From a virus, in IMG/VR virus record IMGVR_UViG_3300019468_000021: a DNA stretch of 34,968 bases. One strand, 5' to 3'. Below the pieces are notes generated by a model, which did no database searches, was not told where the DNA came from, and was given only the letters and a program-made list of their open reading frames with translations. Below, piece after piece: positions 27,484 through 33,518 of this stretch (positions are counted from its first letter, which is position 1; every line of letters begins with the position of its first letter). The position numbers were made by a program, and so were the translations under genes.

Positions 27484-27522
27484 TTGCCTCCTATGGCCGT
27501 TCGTGCTATAATTTGCACGAAC
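27484..27522 (+). promoter_or_regulatory. Near-consensus sigma-70-like promoter antisense to the early operon, embedded in an 8-bp-stem hairpin
   Basis: TTGCCT (27484-27489), 17 nt spacer, TATAAT (27507-27512) on the plus strand. Hairpin gttcgtgc-tataattt-gcacgaac at 27499-27522. A transcript from here would be antisense to the RHH and ant genes. Confidence 0.3.
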
Positions 27523-27585
27523 TAAATATTTTGGTTTAGGTTTGAGGGGTTACCTGTCGTGGTGGGCGGTAATCCCATTTTCTTT

Positions 27586-27729
27586 TTAGATTTCACCTTC
27601 ACTCTCCATCTTGAAGTAGTTCCATGCCGCCAAAGCGATAAACTCCTCAACAGTCTTGTTACAATCCTCTGCCTGTGCCTTAAAATAGTTGTAGGCTTCC
27701 TCTTCAATCTTGATAGTTACTTCTTTCAT
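27586..27729 (-). CDS. Arc/Mnt/CopG-like ribbon-helix-helix mini-protein (47 aa, not in the ORF track)
   Basis: Hand translation MKEVTIKIEEEAYNYFKAQAEDCNKTVEEFIALAAWNYFKMESEGEI. ATGA overlap with the ant stop, SD ggaggaaatcgcATG. Beta-strand plus two helices gives an RHH layout. Confidence 0.6.
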   Translation of the reverse strand: MKEVTIKIEEEAYNYFKAQAEDCNKTVEEFIALAAWNYFKMESEGEI

Positions 27730-28445
27730 GCGATTTCCTCCTTATATCCTCCGCAGTAGCGGTTAACAAAATAGATTTGTCCTTTTCCGGTAACCTTTGT
27801 TGTCTTGCTGACGCGGATACTGCCGTCCGGATTATTGATTACCGTTTCTTTGATCTCAAAGAGTCCGAGCTCCATAGCTTTCTGAGTAGGCATGTTATAA
27901 TCAGAGCCATTTCTCTTAATCAGGAATCCGTCTTGCCTGAATGTTTCAAAAAGTCTCTTCTGGCCAGTTTCATAGCCGTTGGCCTTTAGAATCTTTGCCA
28001 GCTCTCCGATTAAGATAGTGCTTTGGGAACTTGCAACGCTGTCTGCGAAGATCTCTTTGGGTTTCATCCTCTCCACATCAAGCTTCAAGGTGCTCAGTTC
28101 CTTCTCTGCAATCCTGAGTGCTCTTGCCATAATCTTCTCCGGGCTGTTGTAGTCCTTCTCTACTTGAATGAAGTACTGTCTCGCTTGCTTCCCTACTTCG
28201 GTTCGCTGTATCATGCAGATTTCTTTGGCCATGTCGATAGTGAGGAGATGGTCTGTGCTAGGTCTGCCTCCGGTACTTTCCGACAAAAATGTCGAAAAGT
28301 CTTTTCCCTCTGAAAATCCGTATTCGGCCATTCTTGGGAACCATTTGTCGTATGGTGTTGCCACCTTTAGAAAATCATGCAGCTCTCTTCCTAGAACCGT
28401 AGGCTCTCCTACCTCGTTCGTTGTGATTTTGATTAGTTCGTTCAA
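27726..28445 (-). CDS. ant: Phage antirepressor (AntA N-terminal + KilAC/ANT C-terminal domain)
   Basis: 239 aa. TVLGRELHDFLKV...YDKWF..M..YGF.EG.DF matches AntA. The C-terminal ILIGELAKILKANGYETGQKRLFETFRQDGFLIKR matches KilA-C/ANT. Confidence 0.8.
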   Translation of the reverse strand: MNELIKITTNEVGEPTVLGRELHDFLKVATPYDKWFPRMAEYGFSEGKDFSTFLSESTGGRPSTDHLLTIDMAKEICMIQRTEVGKQARQYFIQVEKDYNSPEKIMARALRIAEKELSTLKLDVERMKPKEIFADSVASSQSTILIGELAKILKANGYETGQKRLFETFRQDGFLIKRNGSDYNMPTQKAMELGLFEIKETVINNPDGSIRVSKTTKVTGKGQIYFVNRYCGGYKEEIA

Positions 28446-28460
28446 TTCTTTTCCTCCTTG

Positions 28461-28916
28461 TTAGCCGCCTACCGTAGGGCAAATACATTCCCATTCGTAG
28501 TCTTCAAATTTAATTTCCTCGTCCTTGCGTATTTCTCCGTCCTCTATCAAGATGTCTTGGTTGAACTCCATCCCTTTCTCAAAGGCGTAAAGATTCATAT
28601 CTACGCTGTACTTCTTGCATAAGGTCGAAAGCTCCTCTGCATCTGCGGCCCAGGCAAACTTTGCGTCAAATAAAGCTATGAAAGTTTCACCATCTTCACA
28701 GTCCGAAAAATCTACGCACAAGTTTTCTACAAAGCCTCTGGTTGTTCCTTCAATCCAGCAACCCTTGTCAGACTCGACCTCTTCAAAGTCTGATAGTTCC
28801 AGTTTGTGAAGTTCATTGCCAAAGAAATCAACAGGCTTCAGACCTTCCAAAACGAACTTCTTTACGTTGGCTGCCTTTCCTCTTACCTTCAAACATCCTT
28901 CACTCCAATTAGGCAT
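28461..28916 (-). CDS. Hypothetical protein, DUF1281/Api92-like N terminus (MPNW..G.L.V.G)
   Basis: Start at the ATG at 28916 (SD ggaggaggaaaaggaaaATG). 151 aa. The family call is tentative. Confidence 0.5.
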   Translation of the reverse strand: MPNWSEGCLKVRGKAANVKKFVLEGLKPVDFFGNELHKLELSDFEEVESDKGCWIEGTTRGFVENLCVDFSDCEDGETFIALFDAKFAWAADAEELSTLCKKYSVDMNLYAFEKGMEFNQDILIEDGEIRKDEEIKFEDYEWECICPTVGG

Positions 28917-29145
28917 TTTCCTTTTCCTCCTCCATTCTTTCAATTTCCGCTTTCATAGCACTAGCCAGCACCTCGATTACGGAATACTCTGCCCTGAGCG
29001 TTTCTAATACGTTTGGATCGTTTTGCACCGACTTCTCAAAGACCTCCAAGGTTTCCATTGCACTCGCCCCTTTCTCCCCTCCTGATTTGATGTAATCAAG
29101 GTGTCTACTGGCGAGGTTTTCTATAGCTTCTTTCCAAAAGTCCGT
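28909..29145 (-). CDS. Hypothetical small protein; canonical ATG at 29058 (49 aa) or SD-matched in-frame ACG at 29145 (78 aa)
   Basis: Frame is open from 29193 with no ATG/GTG/TTG before 29058. AGGAGGAAAAGGAAAA followed by CG at 29145 has the same 16-nt leader that precedes the ATG at 28916. C-terminal part METLEVFEKSVQNDPNVLETLRAEYSVIEVLASAMKAEIERMEEEKENA. Confidence 0.4.
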   Translation of the reverse strand, partial: TDFWKEAIENLASRHLDYIKSGGEKGASAMETLEVFEKSVQNDPNVLETLRAEYSVIEVLASAMKAEIERMEEEKENA

Positions 29146-29162
29146 TTTCCTTTTCCTCCTTT

Positions 29163-29336
29163 TTAGTTGTCTTCCAACTGCACTTCTGACCTTCTAATTT
29201 CTAAAGTTGGTATAACATTAGGGTTTAAAAACCCATTGAATATCAGCATTGCGGCTTTATGCCTAGCACTTTCTGCGTCGTCAGCTTCGACACGAATCTC
29301 AACCTCTACGGTATTTTTAACTTTGTAGTGCGCCAT
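29163..29336 (-). CDS. Hypothetical small early protein (57 aa, not in the ORF track)
   Basis: SD gaaaggaggaaaaataaATG. Hand translation MAHYKVKNTVEVEIRVEADDAESARHKAAMLIFNGFLNPNVIPTLEIRRSEVQLEDN. Confidence 0.5.
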   Translation of the reverse strand: MAHYKVKNTVEVEIRVEADDAESARHKAAMLIFNGFLNPNVIPTLEIRRSEVQLEDN

Positions 29337-29450
29337 TTATTTTTCCTCCTTTCTTTCATCTCCTGAATCCTCGTCACCTAGTAGCGCTATGATGTATGCT
29401 ATGACCATTCTCTTTTGCTTCTCATTTAGCTTTTCAAATAGCTCAAGCAT
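29337..29450 (-). CDS. Hypothetical mini-protein (37 aa, not in the ORF track)
   Basis: SD gaaaggaggaacaaaATG. MLELFEKLNEKQKRMVIAYIIALLGDEDSGDERKEEK. The stop abuts the next start. Confidence 0.4.
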   Translation of the reverse strand: MLELFEKLNEKQKRMVIAYIIALLGDEDSGDERKEEK

Positions 29451-29469
29451 TTTGTTCCTCCTTTCAAAT

Positions 29470-29682
29470 TTAATTTGATACCTGGGCAAAAAAAATAATG
29501 CTGTCTAAGGGAATCTTATACAATTCCGATAAGGTTCTGGCCTGAGAAATTGAAGGCTCTGCCTTTCCTTTTTCCCACGCTACTACAGTATTAGGGCTAA
29601 CATGTAGCATTTTAGCCACTTCTGACTGGGTAAATTCAGCATTCACCCTGGCCGCTGCGAGGCTAATCCTCAACTTTTCCAA
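29470..29682 (-). CDS. Cro-like XRE-family HTH regulator
   Basis: 70 aa. FTQSEVAKMLHVSPNTVVAWEKGKAEPSISQARTLSELYKIPLDSI is an XRE HTH. Divergent from the cI-like gene. TTG start with SD gaaggtga. Confidence 0.8.
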   Translation of the reverse strand: MEKLRISLAAARVNAEFTQSEVAKMLHVSPNTVVAWEKGKAEPSISQARTLSELYKIPLDSIIFFAQVSN

Positions 29683-29737
29683 TTCTGAATCACCTTCTTT
29701 CCACTGCTTATTTTTTACATATTTTTGTTACAACGCA

Positions 29738-29766
29738 ATCATAATTCGAATTTAATTTTAAGTCAA
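29738..29766 (-). promoter_or_regulatory. Early (Cro-side) promoter
   Basis: Minus strand TTGACT (rc of 29761-29766), 17 nt spacer, TATGAT (rc of 29738-29743). The 9-bp palindrome TTGTTACAA (29725-29733) sits at the predicted transcription start. Confidence 0.6.
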
Positions 29767-29798
29767 TAGCTTTTTTCAAAAATATTTTGAATTTACTA

Positions 29799-29827
29799 TT
29801 GTTACTAATCAAATAATATTGTAATAT
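29799..29827 (+). promoter_or_regulatory. Repressor-side promoter
   Basis: TTGTTA (29799-29804), 17 nt spacer, TAATAT (29822-29827), ~35 nt upstream of the cI-like start. Back to back with the Cro-side promoter. Confidence 0.5.
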
Positions 29828-29861
29828 AGCTTACATAAACATAAGAAGGGGGTTAATCAGT

Positions 29862-30299
29862 ATGTCAGACGAACTGCAAAAGAAAATATTTTCTGAGAAT
29901 CTAAACAGACTGTTACAGGATAGAGACAAAACTCAGTCCGAAGTCGCTAAAGAGATTGATGTGTCTCCTCAGACTTTTAATACTTGGACTCAGGGAATAG
30001 CAATTCCTCGGATGGGAAAAATTCAAAAGCTCGCAGACTACTTTCACGTTGAAAAATCGGCCTTAGTTGATAGGCAGAGAAACGGTTTTATAGATGCGAT
30101 ATCGTTTGTCAACGTTAACACACCTCAAGAGCCAGTCAGCTACTACACCAATCCGGAGACTGCAAAAGTAGCACAGGAAATATTTGATAACTCCGATTTA
30201 CGAATCCTGTTCGATGCCGCCAAGGACTCCACACCGGAACAACTGAAACTCGCTGCCGAAATGCTTAGACAATTCAAAAAGACAACTGGGGAAGACTAA
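29862..30299 (+). CDS. cI-like repressor (XRE HTH N-terminal domain + C-terminal domain)
   Basis: 145 aa. KTQSEVAKEIDVSPQTFNTWTQGIAIPRMGKIQKLADYFHVEKSAL. SD gaagggggttaatcagtATG. Confidence 0.8.
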   Translation: MSDELQKKIFSENLNRLLQDRDKTQSEVAKEIDVSPQTFNTWTQGIAIPRMGKIQKLADYFHVEKSALVDRQRNGFIDAISFVNVNTPQEPVSYYTNPETAKVAQEIFDNSDLRILFDAAKDSTPEQLKLAAEMLRQFKKTTGED

Positions 30300-30577
30300 T
30301 GATTGATTTAGACGATTTATTCGTAAGGCTCGTACCTAATCTATCAGTGAACGAAATGATTACACCTTGCGAAAATGGGTATTCGGTATATATCAAGGAG
30401 GAATTACCGGAAGAAAAGAAAGTAGAGGCTTTATATCATGCCTATGTTCATAAGAAGAACAACGACTTTACTAGAAGCGATATACAAGATATAGAAGCAA
30501 GGGCGCATTATAACTTAGAAAGCCTGGCAGAGTTTAGGAAGGCTCTCAGGGAAGCACAGGCGCAGTACGAATGTTGA
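30299..30577 (+). CDS. Short ImmA/IrrE-like protein with degenerate metal motif (HAYVH instead of HEXXH)
   Basis: 92 aa, TAATG overlap with the repressor gene. GYSVYIKEELPEEKKVEALYHAYVHKKNNDFTRSDIQDIEARAH parallels short ImmA-type proteins (y.I.in..l..eek..al.HEl.HI...Df....iE..A), but Glu is replaced by Ala. Confidence 0.4.
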   Translation: MIDLDDLFVRLVPNLSVNEMITPCENGYSVYIKEELPEEKKVEALYHAYVHKKNNDFTRSDIQDIEARAHYNLESLAEFRKALREAQAQYEC

Positions 30578-30637
30578 TAGGGTAACGATTCGTTACTCCA
30601 TTACAAAAGCACACAAAGCACCAAAAGGAGAAAATCT

Positions 30638-30922
30638 ATGAAACATGGCTATCCGGCAATTTTCTATAAAGAAGAGGACGGGAGATATTCCGTTTTATTC
30701 CCTGATTTTGATGCGGCCACCTGCGGAGACGACCCGGACGATGCTGTAGCGATGGCTGAGGAGTGCCTTGCTTTACAGCTCAAAGGGTTAAGGCAAGACG
30801 GGGATGATTTTCCTGTGCCCTCTCCTCTCGACAAAATAGATCCTGCTGCCTATGTTAATGATTTAGGTGACAGCGTTCCGCATATTCGTCTCATCAGTGT
30901 CGACCTTAATGATTATAACTAG
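30638..30922 (+). CDS. HicB-like antitoxin N-terminal domain only (no DNA-binding domain, no HicA nearby)
   Basis: 94 aa. YPAIFYKEEDGRYSVLFPDFDAATCGDDPDDAVAMAEECLALQL fits the HicB/UPF0150 fold pattern. Confidence 0.7.
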   Translation: MKHGYPAIFYKEEDGRYSVLFPDFDAATCGDDPDDAVAMAEECLALQLKGLRQDGDDFPVPSPLDKIDPAAYVNDLGDSVPHIRLISVDLNDYN

Positions 30923-30936
30923 GAGGCTTTGAAATC

Positions 30937-31173
30937 ATGAGTATTCCTAAGTGGATTGTTAAAGATGTTCAGGCGACGGAAAACCACGAACTCCTGCTTA
31001 CTTTTATGGACGGCAAAAAGGGAATCTTCGACTTTCTTCCACAACTTCAGAAGCCCTTTTATGAAAAGCTGAAAAATATAGACTTCTTTTCTACCGCCCA
31101 TGTCGAAGACGGAACCGTTGTTTGGGATGACGAAACAGACATAGCACCGGAATATCTATACGAGAATTCGTAG
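30937..31173 (+). CDS. DUF2442-family protein
   Basis: 78 aa. LLLTFMDGKKGIFDF...F..KL.N.DFFSTAHVEDGTVVWDDETDIAPEYLY is the DUF2442 pattern. Confidence 0.7.
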   Translation: MSIPKWIVKDVQATENHELLLTFMDGKKGIFDFLPQLQKPFYEKLKNIDFFSTAHVEDGTVVWDDETDIAPEYLYENS

Positions 31174-31235
31174 TAGACAGGGACCCTACATCAACCTTTT
31201 ATTTAGTTTGCCAATTTTTAAGCAGGAGGGATACT

Positions 31236-32315
31236 ATGGCGATAGAAAGACTGAGAAGCGGGCACTATAGAATCCGCTTCGAAAAGGACCGGAAGAAATA
31301 TTCCATAACCACCGATAGAAAGCCTACAAAGCATGAAGAAGCAGCTCTGATTCAAGAATACATGGAAAATCTACTGGAGCAACAGAATAGAAAAAAGAAT
31401 GGCTCTTTCCTGGATTTTGCAAATGAATATATAGACAGTAAAGAAAAGGTACTTTCTGCCAGTACCATTAGAGGATACAAAGCCACATTAAGAGGAATAC
31501 CGGAATCCTTTACAGGCCTTCCCTTTTATGAGATAGAGCAACACGATATTACTAAAGTAATTAACGATATGATGGATAAAGCTAAGCCAAAAACGATATA
31601 CAATAGGCATGGTCTGATTGTTTCCGTGCTAAAAGAATTCCGACCGGCTTTTGTTGTTCATACCAAACTCCCCAGGAAAGAACAGAATGATATATATACC
31701 CCGGGAGAAGCAGAGGTGAAAGCCCTTTTTGACTACATTGAAAATACACCAAGGGCGAATAAATACTATGTACCGCTCTGTTTGGCCGTGATGGGATTAA
31801 GACGGTCAGAGATAGGGGCTTTAACTGTTGAAGACCTCTCTAAAGACAATATGATTACCATAAATAAGGCTAAGGTTATCAATTCTGATAAAAAATGGGT
31901 GATTCAACCTTATACAAAGACGGAGAAGAGTAATAGAATTATTCCCGTACCTGCTAAGTTAGCCAAAGCAATACGAAGACAGGGGTTTGTATTTAATGGG
32001 GATTTAAACAGCTTCTACAAAAGAATAGTGAATATAGAGAAACGTTTAGGATTACGCCCTTTCGGAATCCATAGACTACGTTCCTATTTCGCCAGTAAAG
32101 CTCATGCACTTGGAATGCCGGATTCCGTTATTCTGTCTTTAGGAGGATGGAAGTCGGACTATGTAATGAAAAGCATTTATAGAAAAGCTCTTAAAGAGGA
32201 TATAAAAAAAGGTACACAAGCTTATCTGAAACACATTGCCACAATGGAGAAATCAAAGAAGAAAAAAAGCACAGAACCGCCCACGAAACCGCCCACGAAA
32301 ATTAAACAATGTTGA
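31236..32315 (+). CDS. int: Tyrosine recombinase / phage integrase
   Basis: 359 aa. Catalytic signature LAVMGLRRSEI (Arg), HRLRSYFAS (H-x-x-R), GGWKSDYVMKSIY (Trp/His position, Tyr). The C-terminal tail TEPPTKPPTKIKQC is encoded by the arm-type repeat. Confidence 0.9.
   Translation: MAIERLRSGHYRIRFEKDRKKYSITTDRKPTKHEEAALIQEYMENLLEQQNRKKNGSFLDFANEYIDSKEKVLSASTIRGYKATLRGIPESFTGLPFYEIEQHDITKVINDMMDKAKPKTIYNRHGLIVSVLKEFRPAFVVHTKLPRKEQNDIYTPGEAEVKALFDYIENTPRANKYYVPLCLAVMGLRRSEIGALTVEDLSKDNMITINKAKVINSDKKWVIQPYTKTEKSNRIIPVPAKLAKAIRRQGFVFNGDLNSFYKRIVNIEKRLGLRPFGIHRLRSYFASKAHALGMPDSVILSLGGWKSDYVMKSIYRKALKEDIKKGTQAYLKHIATMEKSKKKKSTEPPTKPPTKIKQC
32277..32297. repeat. 21-bp arm-type repeat, copy 1 (ccgcccacgaaaccgcccacg; internally a tandem of CCGCCCACG)
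   Basis: Perfect copy of 32486-32506. Lies inside the int 3' end, 44 nt left of the tRNA-like core. Confidence 0.7.
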
Positions 32316-32340
32316 TTTATAGCCATTTTTAGGTATTTTT

Positions 32341-32367
32341 CCGTGGGTTCAAGTCCCATCTCCCGCA
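32341..32367 (+). other. Candidate attP core: 3' fragment of a tRNA (T arm + 3' acceptor strand + discriminator)
   Basis: ccGTGGG-TTCAAGT-CCCAT-CTCCCGC-A gives a T stem-loop with a TTCAAGT loop, a 7-nt acceptor strand and an A discriminator. No D or anticodon arm upstream, so it is not a complete tRNA. Confidence 0.65.
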
Positions 32368-32373
32368 GAAAAT

Positions 32374-32420
32374 AAAACGCTAGGAATTAAGCCAAGAACG
32401 GCTTGAAACCTAGCGTTTTT
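32374..32420. terminator. Bidirectional intrinsic terminator between the convergent int and endolysin genes
   Basis: aaaacgctagg...(inner hairpin aagcc-aagaac-ggctt)...cctagcgttttt, with T-runs on both strands. Confidence 0.7.
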
Positions 32421-32485
32421 ACTTGTTTTTGAAGTCTTTTCATGAAACCCGATTACACCAAAAAGTAACTATTTTTCATGGTGAG

Positions 32486-32506
32486 CCGCCCACGAAACCG
32501 CCCACG
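32486..32506. repeat. 21-bp arm-type repeat, copy 2
   Basis: Identical to 32277-32297. Lies immediately 3' of the endolysin stop codon and 119 nt right of the tRNA-like core. Confidence 0.7.
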
Positions 32507-32507
32507 C

Positions 32508-33446
32508 TTATTCCACTATTTCTATGCTGCTATCTCTTCCTATTAGAAGAGACTTCACAGGATCATACACTCCATCTGCACCTACAAAGTCATAGCCGTC
32601 ACCCTTCGCTTTTCTGACTTTGGCATCGGTCGCCATTAAGCCGGACTTAGTCAAGTAGTACCACTTACCTTTATCCTGGAGCCACTGTTCGGAAAGCATA
32701 GCTCCGTCCTCCCCAAGGTAGTACCAGTCGTCTGCAGATTTGAACCATCCCTTAATCATTTTTCCGGAATCATTGAACACATACCAGCGACCATTTATAA
32801 GGCACCACTGTCCTTTCACAGGAACGCCGGATTCATCATAATAGAACCATGCCTCTCCATCCTGCTTCCATCCAGTAAATAGATTCTTTTGGTGTTGATT
32901 ACAAGCTGTATAAGCCACCCACGATACAAAGATTTGACACCAATACACTCCATTCATGCCGTACCACTCGCTGTACTTGGTGAAATTGTTCATGCCGGCA
33001 TTTCCCGTCTTACTGCCAAGGTCTTTATTACTACCCTTTTCAAGGTATCCTACTTCTTCCAATGCAGCTTGGATAAATTCATCTACTGTACAAGTATCAG
33101 CATCGAAGAACGGTCTTCCGAAGCCGTCAATAGTCCTATCCTTTCCAGGGATGAATGTGTAAGTCTTAATAGCTACTGATCCTCCATTCCGAACCACACC
33201 GGGAGCGGAGGAGGTGTTACCCTCTACGGTCTTAATGGTATACTGACCACTCTTAAGCTTGGTTACTTCGATTATGATTCCCACATGGGCAACTCTCTTT
33301 TTCACACTACTATAAAAGTAGACAATGTCCCCACGCATAGGAGTTTGGTAATATCTCTTGTGCTTTACGAAGTATCCTTTGCCATCTACTGTGAAAGAGG
33401 TATATCCTCCGCCTAAAAGCTTCTGCCCTCTTTGGTAGCTATTCAT
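32508..33446 (-). CDS. Endolysin: apparently permuted CHAP-type amidase/peptidase + C-terminal cell-wall-binding (CW_binding_1-like) repeats
   Basis: 312 aa. His half first (GDIVYFYSS..RVAHVGIIIEV...TIKTVEGNTSSAPGVVRNGG...DGFGRPFF), then the Cys half (ALEEVGYLEKGSNKDLGSKTGNAGMNNFTKYSEWYG..GVYWCQIFVSWV). Then GW/WYY repeats (GWKQDGEAWFYYDESG, NGRWYVFNDSGKMIKGW, DDWYYLGEDGAM, GKWYYLTKSG). Confidence 0.85.
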   Translation of the reverse strand: MNSYQRGQKLLGGGYTSFTVDGKGYFVKHKRYYQTPMRGDIVYFYSSVKKRVAHVGIIIEVTKLKSGQYTIKTVEGNTSSAPGVVRNGGSVAIKTYTFIPGKDRTIDGFGRPFFDADTCTVDEFIQAALEEVGYLEKGSNKDLGSKTGNAGMNNFTKYSEWYGMNGVYWCQIFVSWVAYTACNQHQKNLFTGWKQDGEAWFYYDESGVPVKGQWCLINGRWYVFNDSGKMIKGWFKSADDWYYLGEDGAMLSEQWLQDKGKWYYLTKSGLMATDAKVRKAKGDGYDFVGADGVYDPVKSLLIGRDSSIEIVE

Positions 33447-33463
33447 TTTTTTTACTCCTTTCC

Positions 33464-33500
33464 AAAATAAAAAAAGGGCAATACATTTCTGTACTGCCCC
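33464..33500 (-). terminator. Intrinsic terminator immediately upstream of the endolysin RBS
   Basis: Minus RNA gggcaguac-agaaau-guauugccc (9 bp, one G.U) followed by uuuuuuuauuuu. Confidence 0.65.
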
Positions 33501-33518
33501 TAATGGTTGCTGTTTTCC

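Noticed and set aside
27522-27707. 61-aa highly basic minus-strand ORF (also the plus-strand 27559..27759 ORF).
   Set aside because: It has no SD and Arg/Lys/Thr-rich low-complexity composition. It overlaps the better-supported 47-aa RHH ORF, which has an SD and an ATGA coupling to ant.
32316-32367. Possible complete tRNA gene after int.
   Set aside because: Only the T arm, 3' acceptor strand and discriminator are present. The upstream 50 nt cannot form D or anticodon arms or a matching 5' acceptor strand (GCGGGAG). It is treated as an attP core fragment.
32423-32617. 64-aa plus-strand ORF containing GEPPTKPPT, similar to the integrase C terminus.
   Set aside because: The similarity is only the second copy of the 21-bp arm-type DNA repeat read in the same frame. 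It has no SD, runs antisense into the endolysin gene, and sits downstream of a terminator.
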